Shown in pieces: positions 11,251 through 21,093 of a stretch of DNA of 64,000 nucleotides; positions within the stretch are counted from its first letter, which is position 1, and every line of letters begins with the position of its first letter. Position numbers and translations under genes: made by a program. The stretch comes from Oxynema aestuarii AP17 (GTDB lineage: Bacteria > Cyanobacteriota > Cyanobacteriia > Cyanobacteriales > Laspinemataceae). The notes under the pieces were generated by a model. The model searched no databases. It was not told the DNA's origin and saw only the letters and a list, made by a program, of their open reading frames with translations. The stretch lies in NCBI RefSeq assembly GCF_012295525.1, contig NZ_CP051167.1, forward strand, positions 5,685,299-5,749,298, given 5' to 3'.

Positions 11251-13269
11251 ATGGAGATCGATACAGCCGTACCGCGCGATCGCCGCTCTCGTCATCACGG
11301 TAAAGAAGTATCCCCAGCAGTATCCCCGTCCGTCTCCTTGTCAGGGAGCACCACCGTCGCCACCGTACCGAAACCACCGGAGCAGACTCAATTCTTGCGG
11401 TGTATCGAAGCGGCGGAAGACTTGCTGATCCAGTACGACGCGCGATCGCGCTCTTCGTGGGTGAACCCGGCGGGAGCCGCGCAACTGGGGATCTGCCCGT
11501 CCTCGGCGATCGGTAAAACCAATGGGGAGCTCTTTGGTCAAGCGGGAGAAGTCCTCGATAAGGCCCTCGCACGGGCGATCGCCACTGGGGAAAGCACCTC
11601 GATCGCCCAAGAACTGGCGACCGCAAAAGGACGACAAACTTATAACTTTGTATATACGCCCGTGCGCGACGACGCCGGAGAAATTTGCGGGGCGATCGCC
11701 ATCGGTAGAGACCTGGGACGCCTGAACGCGGATTCTCGATCCGATCCTCCGCCCCATTCGGGACAGGTCGAAGTGGCGTTAGAACAAGCCGAATCCCTGC
11801 AAGATGTCAAAGCGCAAGCGCGCGAACTCGCCAACGCCCACCAACGCCAGCACGCCTTAGCCACGACCATCGACAACATCCGGCGATCGCTCGATATCGA
11901 GACGATTTTTAACACGACTACTCAGGAAGTGAGACAACTCCTACAGTGCGATCGCGTCGCCGTTTATCGCTTCAACCCGGACTTTAGCGGCATCTTCGTC
12001 GCCGAATCGTTCGCCGAAGGCTGGAAAGCCCTCGTGGGGAACCTTCCGGTGATTGCGGACAGTTACCTGCAAGAAACCCGAGGCGGACGCTACCGCCATA
12101 ACGAAACCGTCGCCGTCGCCGATATTTACAACGCCGGACACGCCCAATGTCACGTGGAAATGCTCGAAAGTTTCCAGGCGAAAGCCTACGCGATCGTGCC
12201 GATTTTCCACGGCGAAACCCTTTGGGGACTGCTGGCGGCGTATCAAAATGACGGCCCGCGCCAGTGGGAAGCTTACGAGGTCGAACTTCTCGCCCAGATT
12301 GGGGTTCAGTTCGGCGTCGCCATCCAACAAGCCCAATTACTCGATCGCACCCAACGCCAGAAAGAAGAACTCACCCAAACCCTCAACGAGTTGAAACAAG
12401 CTCAAACCCAACTGATTCAGTCGGAAAAAATGGCGAGTTTGGGGCAACTGGTCGCCGGAATTGCCCACGAAATTAACAATCCGGTCAATTTTATTTATGG
12501 CAATCTCACCTATGTCGGCGAATATATTCGCGATTTGCTCGAACACGTTCAATTGTACGAGCAGTATTATCCCGATCCTCCAGAGGCGATCGCCGAACAC
12601 GCCGAAGAGATGGAATTGGAGTTCTTACAAGAAGATTTGCCCAAAATCCTCGGTTCGATGAGGGTCGGCGCCGATCGCATTCGCCAGACCGTGATCTCGT
12701 TGCGGAATTTTTCCCGCCTGGACGAAGCGACGGTCAAAGCGGTGGATCTCCACGAAGGACTCGACAGTACCTTACTGATTTTGCAACATCGCCTGATCGA
12801 CCCGGCCCACGGTCCGAGTATCGAGTTAGTGAAAAATTACGGCAAGTTGCCAAAAGTCGAATGCTACGCCGCCCCCATCAATCAGGTATTTATGAGCTTG
12901 TTGGGGAATGCGATCGACGCGATCGAGTCCCATTTTGCCAGTCAAGGGGATTCGAACAACGGCGAACGGGTCAAACCGAAGATCGTTGTCGAAACCGCTC
13001 CCCTGGGTAAGGATCGCGTAGAAATCCGCATTCGCGATAACGGTCCGGGAATGAGCGAAGCGGTGCGATCGCACATTTTTGAACCCTTTTTCACCACCAA
13101 ACCTGTCGGAAAAGGCACCGGATTAGGATTGTCGATCTCCTATCAAATTATCGTCGAAAAACACGGCGGTCAGATCGAGTGTCACTCCCAACCCGGTGAA
13201 GGAACCGAGTTCGTGATTCAATTGCCGCGAACCCAAGGCGCTTGTGAGAGAGTCGGGAATCGGGAATAG
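11251..13269 (+). CDS. Sensor histidine kinase (PAS - GAF - HisKA - HATPase_c)
   Basis: H-box LGQLVAGIAHEINNPVNF. G-boxes DNGPGM and GTGLGLSISYQII. GAF-like block CDRVAVYRF. SD AAGAGG lies 9 nt before ATG 11251. The ORF track starts earlier at 11194. Confidence 0.85.
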   Translation: MEIDTAVPRDRRSRHHGKEVSPAVSPSVSLSGSTTVATVPKPPEQTQFLRCIEAAEDLLIQYDARSRSSWVNPAGAAQLGICPSSAIGKTNGELFGQAGEVLDKALARAIATGESTSIAQELATAKGRQTYNFVYTPVRDDAGEICGAIAIGRDLGRLNADSRSDPPPHSGQVEVALEQAESLQDVKAQARELANAHQRQHALATTIDNIRRSLDIETIFNTTTQEVRQLLQCDRVAVYRFNPDFSGIFVAESFAEGWKALVGNLPVIADSYLQETRGGRYRHNETVAVADIYNAGHAQCHVEMLESFQAKAYAIVPIFHGETLWGLLAAYQNDGPRQWEAYEVELLAQIGVQFGVAIQQAQLLDRTQRQKEELTQTLNELKQAQTQLIQSEKMASLGQLVAGIAHEINNPVNFIYGNLTYVGEYIRDLLEHVQLYEQYYPDPPEAIAEHAEEMELEFLQEDLPKILGSMRVGADRIRQTVISLRNFSRLDEATVKAVDLHEGLDSTLLILQHRLIDPAHGPSIELVKNYGKLPKVECYAAPINQVFMSLLGNAIDAIESHFASQGDSNNGERVKPKIVVETAPLGKDRVEIRIRDNGPGMSEAVRSHIFEPFFTTKPVGKGTGLGLSISYQIIVEKHGGQIECHSQPGEGTEFVIQLPRTQGACERVGNRE

Positions 13270-13316
13270 GCTGTCGGACGGGTGGCGGCGGGCAAGATGC
13301 CCGCCCCACGGAGGGT

Positions 13317-15539
13317 CTATCGATCCAAGCGTTCGAGCAGTTCCTTCGCCGCCGGATAAGCGGCGGTATCTTGGGGAACGAGCTGCGCGGCTTGAGTGGC
13401 GGTAGAGAAACGGCGACGACTGGCGCGATATTGGGCAATTTGCAAGATCGTATCGCTCCAGCGCTCGATTAAGGTGCGCGCTTGCTCGTATTGGGGCTGT
13501 CCCGGCGTAATTTGGCGAGCGAGGGCGATCGCGCGGTTGTAAGACGATGCCTGTCCCCGCCGGACGAGAGATTGGGCTTCTTGCAAGATTTCCCGATTTT
13601 TCTCGGCAATTTGCGCCTCTCGCTCCCATTCAGGCATCCTGGCTTGTACTTCTTTTTGTAATTGCGGGCGGTCTTTCGGGACTAATTTACCCGCCGCGAC
13701 GGCGCCTTCGTAGTTGCCTTGTTGGGCGCGACTGATGGCAATATCGAGAATAACCGCTCCCCAGCGATCGATATCTTTCTGCGCTTGGGCGTAACGCGGA
13801 TCGTCTTTTGGTATGTCGCGGGCTTCGGCGATCGCATAGCTGAATTGATGAGCCTGAGCGGGTTCTAGCGGTGCCAGCGCGCGATCGAGGTCTTCCGTTT
13901 CTCCAGGGCTACCCGTGGCTGTATTGTCTTGGTTTCCAGTCGGGGCTGGGGTTTGAGGGGTAGCAGCAGTGGTGCCATTGTTATTCCCCGTAGCAGCAGT
14001 GGCACCGTTATTATTCCCCGTAGCAGCAGTGGTGCCATTGTTATTCCCAGTAGCAGCAGTAGCGCCGTTATTCTCCCCAGTAGCAGCAGTGGCGCCGTTA
14101 TTGCCTTCGTTATTGTTCCCAGTAGCAGCAGTGGCGCCGTTATTCTCCCCAGTAGCAGCAGTGGCACCGTTATTGCCTTCGTTATTGTTCCCAGTAGCAG
14201 CAGTGGCGCCGTTATTGCCTTCGGTATTATTCCCAGTCGTGTTCGTTCCAGCCGTTGCAGGGGTTTCGCTATTGCCAGTCGTTCCCGTATTTCCAGCCGT
14301 TCCCGTCGTCGTCGTTCCGATCGCCCGAACGGGTTCGCCGTCACCTGTAACTTGCTCGGTTGGCGTTTCCTCCTGCCCCTCGGAATTGACCATTTTGACT
14401 AATTCCGGCCAAAACAGACCTAAAAGAATGACGAGAGCGACTAAACCGCCCCAAAATAGCCAACCTGCTATGCTGTTGCTGCGATTTTCCTCATCGTCGT
14501 CGCTGTCGAGGGGGGCGGGAGGAGGTTGGATGGTATTGCCAACGGGAGAATAACCCGTATTGTCGATATTCGGATCGGCCCAGCGCGATCGCCGTTCCCG
14601 TTCCGGGTCAAAATAAGGCAATTCAATACGGTTTGTATTGCTGGCGGTTTGGGTGGGGGTGGGGGCAGATGGCGCCAACTCCTCACGAGGCGGCAGGTCT
14701 GCATCGTCGTAACCCGAGTGTGACGCCGTCGTGGGGATCCCGGTTGCCATGGCGGCGAGTTCGCGATCGCCTGCATTCATAGCCCCCGCCATCACCAGTT
14801 GGCGCGGGAGGAACACCAATTGCAGTTTTTCCGGGGGATGGGCGATCGTCAAGGGGTCTTGACGGGGGCGACAGTGACGCTCGCATAATTGAGGGAGACG
14901 ATCGCACAAGAGGCGATCGAGACTTTCGAGGTTGTCCACGTCCCCGGATCGTAATGCTTCGAGCAAAGCGGCGGTAAAGAACCCGTGTTGTAGCGCCCCG
15001 GTTTCCCGAGAAAATTGTTCGTGCTGACAGGAGAGGATCGTGGGAATTTGCATTTCTCGGGCAAATTCCGCCGTCGATCGCCCGATTTCCTCCCCCGCAC
15101 TGGTTCCCATCGCCCGATTCATATCGAGGACGACGAGAATTTTATCGGTGGGACAGGCGTTAAAGGCATTGTAGAGCGATCGCATCGAAATGCCCGTCGC
15201 GCCGATATCGTCGGGGTTACCGTCAATAGGCATCAAGTAGTCTTCGCCGCGCCAAGTGACGCCGTAACCGCTAAAGAAGAACCACAAGACATCGTCGGAT
15301 TGGAGTTGGCGATCGCAAAATTCCTCGATCGCGTCGCCGAGGTTGGCTTGAATCGGATAAATCAAATTACTTTGCAGTTCGATGGAACTGTCGGTCACCA
15401 ATAAGGTGCGTTCCCCTGCAAAGCCCCGATTTTGGAGTAAAAATCGCGCCAGTTCTTCCGCGTCTTGCTTGGCGTATCCTAACGGCTGTAAATATTTATA
15501 TTCGTTAATCCCAATAAAGATACCTGCATGAGTTGTCAT
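13317..15539 (-). CDS. Orthocaspase-like (peptidase C14 fold) membrane protein, predicted catalytically inactive: caspase-like N-domain, TM helix, low-complexity GATAATGNNNG tandem repeats, and three C-terminal ~45-aa repeats
   Basis: N-terminus IFIGINEYK ... DDVLWFFFSGYG (Tyr where the catalytic His of SGHG would be) ... KILVVLDMNRAMG (no Cys at the DxCHSG position). TM segment IAGWLFWGGLVALVILLGLFW. Repeats are directly visible. Confidence 0.7.
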   Translation of the reverse strand: MTTHAGIFIGINEYKYLQPLGYAKQDAEELARFLLQNRGFAGERTLLVTDSSIELQSNLIYPIQANLGDAIEEFCDRQLQSDDVLWFFFSGYGVTWRGEDYLMPIDGNPDDIGATGISMRSLYNAFNACPTDKILVVLDMNRAMGTSAGEEIGRSTAEFAREMQIPTILSCQHEQFSRETGALQHGFFTAALLEALRSGDVDNLESLDRLLCDRLPQLCERHCRPRQDPLTIAHPPEKLQLVFLPRQLVMAGAMNAGDRELAAMATGIPTTASHSGYDDADLPPREELAPSAPTPTQTASNTNRIELPYFDPERERRSRWADPNIDNTGYSPVGNTIQPPPAPLDSDDDEENRSNSIAGWLFWGGLVALVILLGLFWPELVKMVNSEGQEETPTEQVTGDGEPVRAIGTTTTGTAGNTGTTGNSETPATAGTNTTGNNTEGNNGATAATGNNNEGNNGATAATGENNGATAATGNNNEGNNGATAATGENNGATAATGNNNGTTAATGNNNGATAATGNNNGTTAATPQTPAPTGNQDNTATGSPGETEDLDRALAPLEPAQAHQFSYAIAEARDIPKDDPRYAQAQKDIDRWGAVILDIAISRAQQGNYEGAVAAGKLVPKDRPQLQKEVQARMPEWEREAQIAEKNREILQEAQSLVRRGQASSYNRAIALARQITPGQPQYEQARTLIERWSDTILQIAQYRASRRRFSTATQAAQLVPQDTAAYPAAKELLERLDR
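13958..14240. repeat. Intragenic tandem repeat array, ~8 units of 33 bp (two 48-bp variants), consensus CCCCGTAGCAGCAGTGGCRCCGTTATTATT
   Basis: Seen in sequence. It encodes the GNNNGATAATG repeats of the orthocaspase-like protein and spawns spurious ORFs in all other frames. Confidence 0.85.
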
Positions 15540-16675
15540 TGTCGCTTCCCCACTCGTATTTAAAAATAGAAAGACTCAAACCCAATTTTAAGGCGATCGA
15601 GCCGACCTGTACGCGAACCCTATCCGACCGTCGTGCTTCCCCATTTTAGGGGAGTAATGCTGAAATCGTAGCGTCGATCGCCCCAGAATTCAACGAACTT
15701 TCAGGGATCGCAGACGATTGAGGGCTAGCGCCAGTTCAAAGCGGCGAAATACGGCCAAATCTCCCTCGGGAAAGGGGGTTAACCAATGCGACCCTTGGCT
15801 ATGGATGTCTTCGACGACCCGATCGACGATCTCGGCGAGCGATCGCCGCCCGTCGATATATTTATCTCGATATATTTATCTTTGACATAAACCATGGCCG
15901 CCGCGATCGACTGGGTGCGCCAAGGGGCGGCAGCTATTCCCGATGAGAATTACGAGATCCCTGAAAATACCGTCAACAGTCGGAGGAAATGCGACAAGCA
16001 GAAACAGAATGGATTTATACACAATGCGATCGCCTGCAAGAAAGTTCACAAGGGTTATTAAAAATTGTCGAAGTTGGTGATATTTTAATTCAAAAAAATA
16101 ATCATAGATCGACGGTATGTTGAACATAGTCAACCGATGACGCAACTCCCTTTCAACAGCATCCACAAACATAACCTTTAGAGAGACAAACGCCTGACTT
16201 AACAACTTTAGCCAACGGAAGCGTTTCAACTTACATTCCGCAGTTCATAAAAATGAAAAGAAGAGGCATAGTAAAGCGGACAAGCCTCTGATAGATCTGT
16301 TGAAAAAGAGCTGAGGCGTCAAAAAATTCAGCTTCAGTTTCAATTCGCCATTTCACCCCTTTGACTTCTGCGAACAGAAACATGGCAGCGAACGGGCGAT
16401 CGCTTGCGCTGTTCCGAATAATTTCTGTCTGCCACAGACTTTAAACGTTGAGCTTCCGTAACAAAACTAAAAAGTTTCGATCGTGCCAAATCGCTCTCGA
16501 CAATTCATAGGTCGTGCAGCACGATTGAGTTTCGATTGTAGCATGTTATATTAACGAACTCAGCCCCATCCCAATTTTGGTAAATATCGGGTGATTTGCG
16601 ATTTCTCAGGCAAAACTCATTCGAGTTCCCTGTAATTGAGATAACATCACAAGAGCGATCTCGCGATCGCCCTTC

Positions 16676-17689
16676 TTGCACCCACAAACAGTACAGCCGA
16701 TGATTCAGACCTCGATCTCCCCCTTTCAAACCAAACTCGGAGCCCCCTTAACCAAGCGCCCCATCAAAGTATTGCAAATCAATTTAGGCAAACGTTGCAA
16801 TCTCGCTTGCACTCATTGCCACGTAGAAGCCGGACCGAAGCGCACCGAAGAAATGACCCCGGAGGTTTGCGAACAACTGATCGAAGTAATCCGCCGTTTC
16901 GAGGGGATTGAAACCGTCGATTTAACCGGGGGTGCGCCGGAAATGAATTATGGTTTCAAACCCTTAGTCGAAGCTGCGCGGGAAACGAATAAAGAAGTCA
17001 TCGTCCGTTCTAATTTAACCATTTATTTTGAGCCGGGATATCAAGACCTTCCCGAATATTTTGCTCGTCATCAGGTTCGCGTCGTCGCTTCGCTGCCGTG
17101 CTATTTAGAAGATAACGTCGATCGAATGCGCGGTTCGGGGGTATATGACGGTTCCATTCGGGCTTTGCAATGGCTGAATCAATTGGGGTACGGCAGCGAC
17201 CCGAATTTAATCCTCGATTTAGTTTACAATCCCCCGGTTCCTACCGATCGGGATAAGTTTAGTTTACCCCCACAACAACAATCCTTAGAAACCGCTTACA
17301 AAACCTATTTAAGGGAGAATTTTCAAATCGAGTTCGACCGTTTACTAACGATTACGAATTTACCGATCGGACGCACGAAATTCCACTTAGAAAAACACGG
17401 TCTCAAGCGCCCTTATTTAGAATTTCTCGAAGCCAATTTTAACCCCACCACTGTCGAGAATTTGATGTGTCGCGACGAACTCTCCATCGACTATCTCGGT
17501 AATGTTTACGATTGCGATTTCAATCAAATGGAAGGACTTCCAGCGCGCACAAAAAGCGGTGAAGCGCTCACGATCGCCAAACTGCTCGAATGGGGAACGC
17601 TAGAGGCGAGCGATCGCGTGCAAACGGCTCCCTATTGCTACGGCTGCACGGCGGGTTGCGGTTCGAGTTGTGGTGGGTCGCTGGTGTGA
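16676..17689 (+). CDS. arsS: Radical SAM protein resembling arsenosugar-biosynthesis ArsS (N-terminal CxxxCxxC and a Cys-rich C-terminal tail)
   Basis: CNLACTHC radical SAM triad. C-terminal CYGCTAGCGSSCGG motif. The ~340-aa size is characteristic of the ArsS family. An alternative start is ATG 16700 (MIQTSIS). Confidence 0.7.
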   Translation: MHPQTVQPMIQTSISPFQTKLGAPLTKRPIKVLQINLGKRCNLACTHCHVEAGPKRTEEMTPEVCEQLIEVIRRFEGIETVDLTGGAPEMNYGFKPLVEAARETNKEVIVRSNLTIYFEPGYQDLPEYFARHQVRVVASLPCYLEDNVDRMRGSGVYDGSIRALQWLNQLGYGSDPNLILDLVYNPPVPTDRDKFSLPPQQQSLETAYKTYLRENFQIEFDRLLTITNLPIGRTKFHLEKHGLKRPYLEFLEANFNPTTVENLMCRDELSIDYLGNVYDCDFNQMEGLPARTKSGEALTIAKLLEWGTLEASDRVQTAPYCYGCTAGCGSSCGGSLV

Positions 17690-17943
17690 GACCGCACCGC
17701 AATTAAAGCATCCGGTTTCTGACCGATTGAGGGGAAAGGATAGAAACCGGGTGGCTGGGTGCCTACGATCTACGCGGTCAATTAACCGATCGCCAAGGTT
17801 TAACAAACGCCTTAGTTCTGAGGAAAACCTTACCCGCGATCTGCAAAAACATTCTACATTACAATTTTTGTAAAACCGATAACACGGCTATGCAAGTTTG
17901 TTATATTATCCAAATTAATTTGGATTTAATGCGAGGCGATCGA

Positions 17944-19019
17944 ATGGCATCTCAACTGACGAAAACCAGTAAACCGCTCTTTTCTCAACATTTCCTCGAT
18001 CGCCGCATTCAAGAACTTCCAGAAGCGCAGAACGCCCAGATTACGCGCTGTTTGCTTCTGAAAATCTCAAAAACGAAGCATTTTTGGTTCGAGAAGACGA
18101 AACGGCTTTTTACCATAAAGTGACGGCGATCGCAGAAGCAAAGTATTGGGAACGTGCGCTGAGTAAGGTTTCTAAAAACGACAAGCGCGATCGCTTCAAA
18201 AACGACAACCCATCGTTTCAGATTGTTAATTATCTAACGGGGACGGGCGTTGACTGGGGAGTCTTGACCAACGGACGGGAATGGCGACTGTATTACCGTC
18301 AAGGATCCTCAAAAGCGAAAGAATCCTATCAAATCGATTTGGTGGAAATTCTCGAATCAGAAAAAGACGAACCGGAGCAATTAGAAAAATTTAAATATTT
18401 TTGGCTGTTTTTCCGGCGCGACGCCTTTGTGAAAGACGCCTATGGAAAAACCTTTCTCGATCGCGTGCGGGAAGAAAGTACCACCTACGCCACGGAAGTG
18501 GAAGCCGAATTGAAAAAACTCGTCTTCGAGCGCGTGTTTCCCGATTTAGCGGGGGGATTCGTGGCGGCGGCGTATCGTCGGGGAGAGACGCCGGGACCTC
18601 GCGCAGTTTACGAGGCGACGCTATCGTTTCTGTATAAAATCTTGTTTTTGCTGTACGCGGAAGGGAAAAACCTGCTTCCGAGTCAGTTGGAGGCGTATCG
18701 CGAGTATAGTTTAATCGGGATGACGCAGGAAATCGCGACTCGCATCGATCGCGCCGCCACCTTCAGTCAGGCGGCGACGGGATGGTACGATAAACTCCTG
18801 AGTCTGTTTCACATTGTCGATCGCGGGGATGCAGTGTTACAGGTTCCCCGGTACAACGGCGGCTTGTTTCATCTGGCGTCGGCGACAAATGGCGGAACGG
18901 AGTCGAACGAAAACGAGTTTCTGCAACAGACGCTGCAACCGATTTTGAAAACGCGGGTGGCGCAGTTTGAGGCGAAGATGGCGGAAATTGAGGCGGTTCG
19001 ATCGCAAATTGCCAAATAG
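17944..19019 (+). pseudogene. Frameshifted and 3'-truncated remnant of a type IIG restriction-modification / BREX PglX-like enzyme (N-terminal region only)
   Basis: Two overlapping ORFs in different frames, 17890-18123 and 18084-19019, together encode an N-terminal region with ...LFSQHFLDRRIQEL... and the conserved ...PRYNGGLFHL motif seen in MmeI-like enzymes. The methyltransferase and target-recognition domains are absent. The ORF ends 44 bp from the tRNA. Confidence 0.5.
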
Positions 19020-19063
19020 GCACGAGAGTCAATATCCTAACCTAATTTAGGACAATAAAAAAA

Positions 19064-19136
19064 TGGAGAATAGGAGATTCGAACTCCTGACCTCTGCGGT
19101 GCGATCGCAGCGCTCTACCAACTGAGCTAATTCCCC
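19064..19136 (-). tRNA. tRNA-Ala (anticodon CGC)
   Basis: A 73-nt cloverleaf folded by hand: acceptor GGGGAAT/ATTCTCC with the G3:U70 Ala identity pair, D-arm GCTCAGTTGGTAGAGC, anticodon loop AUCGCAC, T-arm GGAGTTCGAATCTCC. CCA is not encoded. Confidence 0.85.
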
Positions 19137-19247
19137 GTGGCCGAACCTTTGCTATCCTAGCATACGCTTTAGAAAAATTGAAAGGGCTGGCCGAAAATTT
19201 TTTCAAAATTCCTAAAATCGCTGCTAGATCGAGGCTTCCCCGGTCTC

Positions 19248-19952
19248 TCAAGCGACGGGGGCGTAAACTTGCTGGATGCGATCGAGTTCGAGGTCGCGCA
19301 AGTAATCCACAGTCCAGTTAGCTTGGCGCTGGAGCATGTGAAACGGGTAAGTATTGGCGACGCCGACCACAGCAATTCCGGCGCGTTTGGCCGCTTCGAT
19401 CCCCGGGGGGGTATCCTCGATCGCCAGACATTGAGACGGTTTGAGGTGTAAGTCCGGATAACAATCATTCAGACGGGCGATCGCCCGTCGGTAGCCGTCC
19501 GGTTGCGGTTTGCTCGTGGTCACGTCATCTCCGGCGACGATCGCCGAAAAATATTCCGCTAAATTCGTTCGATGCAAAACCAACTCAACTTCCGCACGCA
19601 ACGCCCCGGTCACGATCGCCAACTTCAATTGAGCGCCGTGCAACTGATAAATTAACTCCGCCACCCCGGGAAAAATTGGCAGTTGCTCCATCTTCTCCAA
19701 CGCTTTGTGATACGCCTTCGCCTTGCGCGCCACCAGTTCGTCTAAATAATCGTCGGTGACGAAGCGACCGCGCGACATCAACAGCTCTCGCAAGCAGGCG
19801 CGATCGCTCCGTCCCAGGCAAATTTCGCGAAATTCCCCCGGTTTGGGGCGTAAATTCTCCTCGATCAGCAACTCCCCGATTAACTGTTCGTGTAAAGGTT
19901 CGTCATCGACAATCACCCCGTTGAAATCGAATAAAACCGCTTTGATACTCAT
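19248..19952 (-). CDS. HAD-superfamily hydrolase, subfamily IA (beta-phosphoglucomutase-like phosphatase)
   Basis: Motif I AVLFDFNGVIVDDEP, plus downstream motifs II-IV (VTGA..., GDDV...). SD GAGAGGG before ATG 19952. Start lies 17 nt downstream of the methyltransferase stop, suggesting an operon. Confidence 0.8.
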   Translation of the reverse strand: MSIKAVLFDFNGVIVDDEPLHEQLIGELLIEENLRPKPGEFREICLGRSDRACLRELLMSRGRFVTDDYLDELVARKAKAYHKALEKMEQLPIFPGVAELIYQLHGAQLKLAIVTGALRAEVELVLHRTNLAEYFSAIVAGDDVTTSKPQPDGYRRAIARLNDCYPDLHLKPSQCLAIEDTPPGIEAAKRAGIAVVGVANTYPFHMLQRQANWTVDYLRDLELDRIQQVYAPVA

Positions 19953-19968
19953 CGCTTTACCCTCTCGC

Positions 19969-20838
19969 TCAATAACTCGGCGCACTCGCCCAAGTCGGTT
20001 CGGTTCGGTCCGGTTCCGCTTCCGTCGCCGTCGGTTCCCCGGGGGCGATCGGTTTGACCCCGCGCGTCAGTTGGTTCAACCCCCACACCTGTTCGGTTTG
20101 CACCGCGCCAAATCCTGCCGCCCCCATCCAGGCGTCTACACTGCCTCGGGCGTATTCTTGGAGATACGGCTCTTCAAAAATGTCCATCATCCAGGGATTG
20201 TCCCGTAGGGTGTGCTGATGACCGTCGAGAATCAGCACCTCGCCGCCGACGCGCAAGAGGCGATAACTTTCCTTGAGGATCGCGCGGGCGATCGCCTCCG
20301 GGGTTTCGTGAAACAGCAACGATGCCGCGACCACGTCGAAGGATTCGTCATCAAATCCCGTCGCTTCCGCTTTAGCGTGAACCCAGGCGATTTCGACTCC
20401 CGCTTCGCGCGCCTTGCGATCGCCCATCACCAGCATGTAGGGCGACAGATCTAACCCCACCACCTCCGCGTCTGGAAATGCTTGTTTCAGCATCAGCGTC
20501 GTCGAACCCGTCCCGCAGCCGAGATCGAGAATTCGTCGCGGACGGGCGCGGATCGAGTGGATAACGCTTTCTCTGACCCAAGTTTCGTTAGGGGGTAAGG
20601 CGTATCGAGTAATCGGGTCGTAAGAGGTCGCGGCGGAGGCATTGAGGTAACCGCCTTCAATCCCGTGGAAGTTTTGACGCTGGTAGTACGCCGGATAGGT
20701 CAAGTTGGGCTGGCGGAGGCGATCGGTTTCGCTCTCCCAATGGATACTACTGTTCAACTCGCGCACTTTATCCCAATCGACAAACCAGCCGCTAATCGGG
20801 GCGAGAAACTGTTCAAAAATTGTTTTTTTCTCGGACAT
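19969..20838 (-). CDS. Class I SAM-dependent methyltransferase (Methyltransf_11-like)
   Basis: Motif I ILDLGCGTGSTTL. Acidic motif II VVGLDLS. Post-I DVVAASLLFHE. Confidence 0.8.
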   Translation of the reverse strand: MSEKKTIFEQFLAPISGWFVDWDKVRELNSSIHWESETDRLRQPNLTYPAYYQRQNFHGIEGGYLNASAATSYDPITRYALPPNETWVRESVIHSIRARPRRILDLGCGTGSTTLMLKQAFPDAEVVGLDLSPYMLVMGDRKAREAGVEIAWVHAKAEATGFDDESFDVVAASLLFHETPEAIARAILKESYRLLRVGGEVLILDGHQHTLRDNPWMMDIFEEPYLQEYARGSVDAWMGAAGFGAVQTEQVWGLNQLTRGVKPIAPGEPTATEAEPDRTEPTWASAPSY

Positions 20839-21093
20839 CGAGATCGAGTCTCCAATTTTAAAGGTGCAAGTTATGGGAAAAAATCTGGTGGCCGACTGCC
20901 AAGCCGTCCGGGCGATCGCCCGTCAGATCGGTCAGCTTCTATCACAATTTTAATAAACTTAGCGAAAGTTAACGAAATTTATTGCAAGTTGGGGCGATCG
21001 GGAAGAGATCGACCCCAGATCGACCATCAAAAAAGGTAGGCGCAGAGCCTACCTCAAAGATGCAAGATCGATTTTCAATAGGGACGGACGCCG

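Noticed and set aside
13865-14553. Three ORFs (13865-14344 -, 13929-14402 +, 13969-14553 +) overlapping the 740-aa gene
   Set aside because: All three are read-throughs of the 33-bp tandem repeat in alternative frames or strands, giving poly-LLLG/SSSG/VAAV peptides. They are artefacts of the repeat, not genes.
15876-16229. 117-aa minus-strand ORF in the 1.1-kb non-coding region
   Set aside because: No RBS, a low-complexity hydrophobic product, and an overlapping alternative small ORF on the other strand. There is insufficient evidence for a gene. The region is discussed as a finding instead.
16676-17689. Possibility that the arsS-like gene is a selenoprotein (in-frame TGA), as in some ArsS homologues
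   Set aside because: The ORF is continuous with Cys at the relevant positions. There is no internal TGA and no SECIS-like element.
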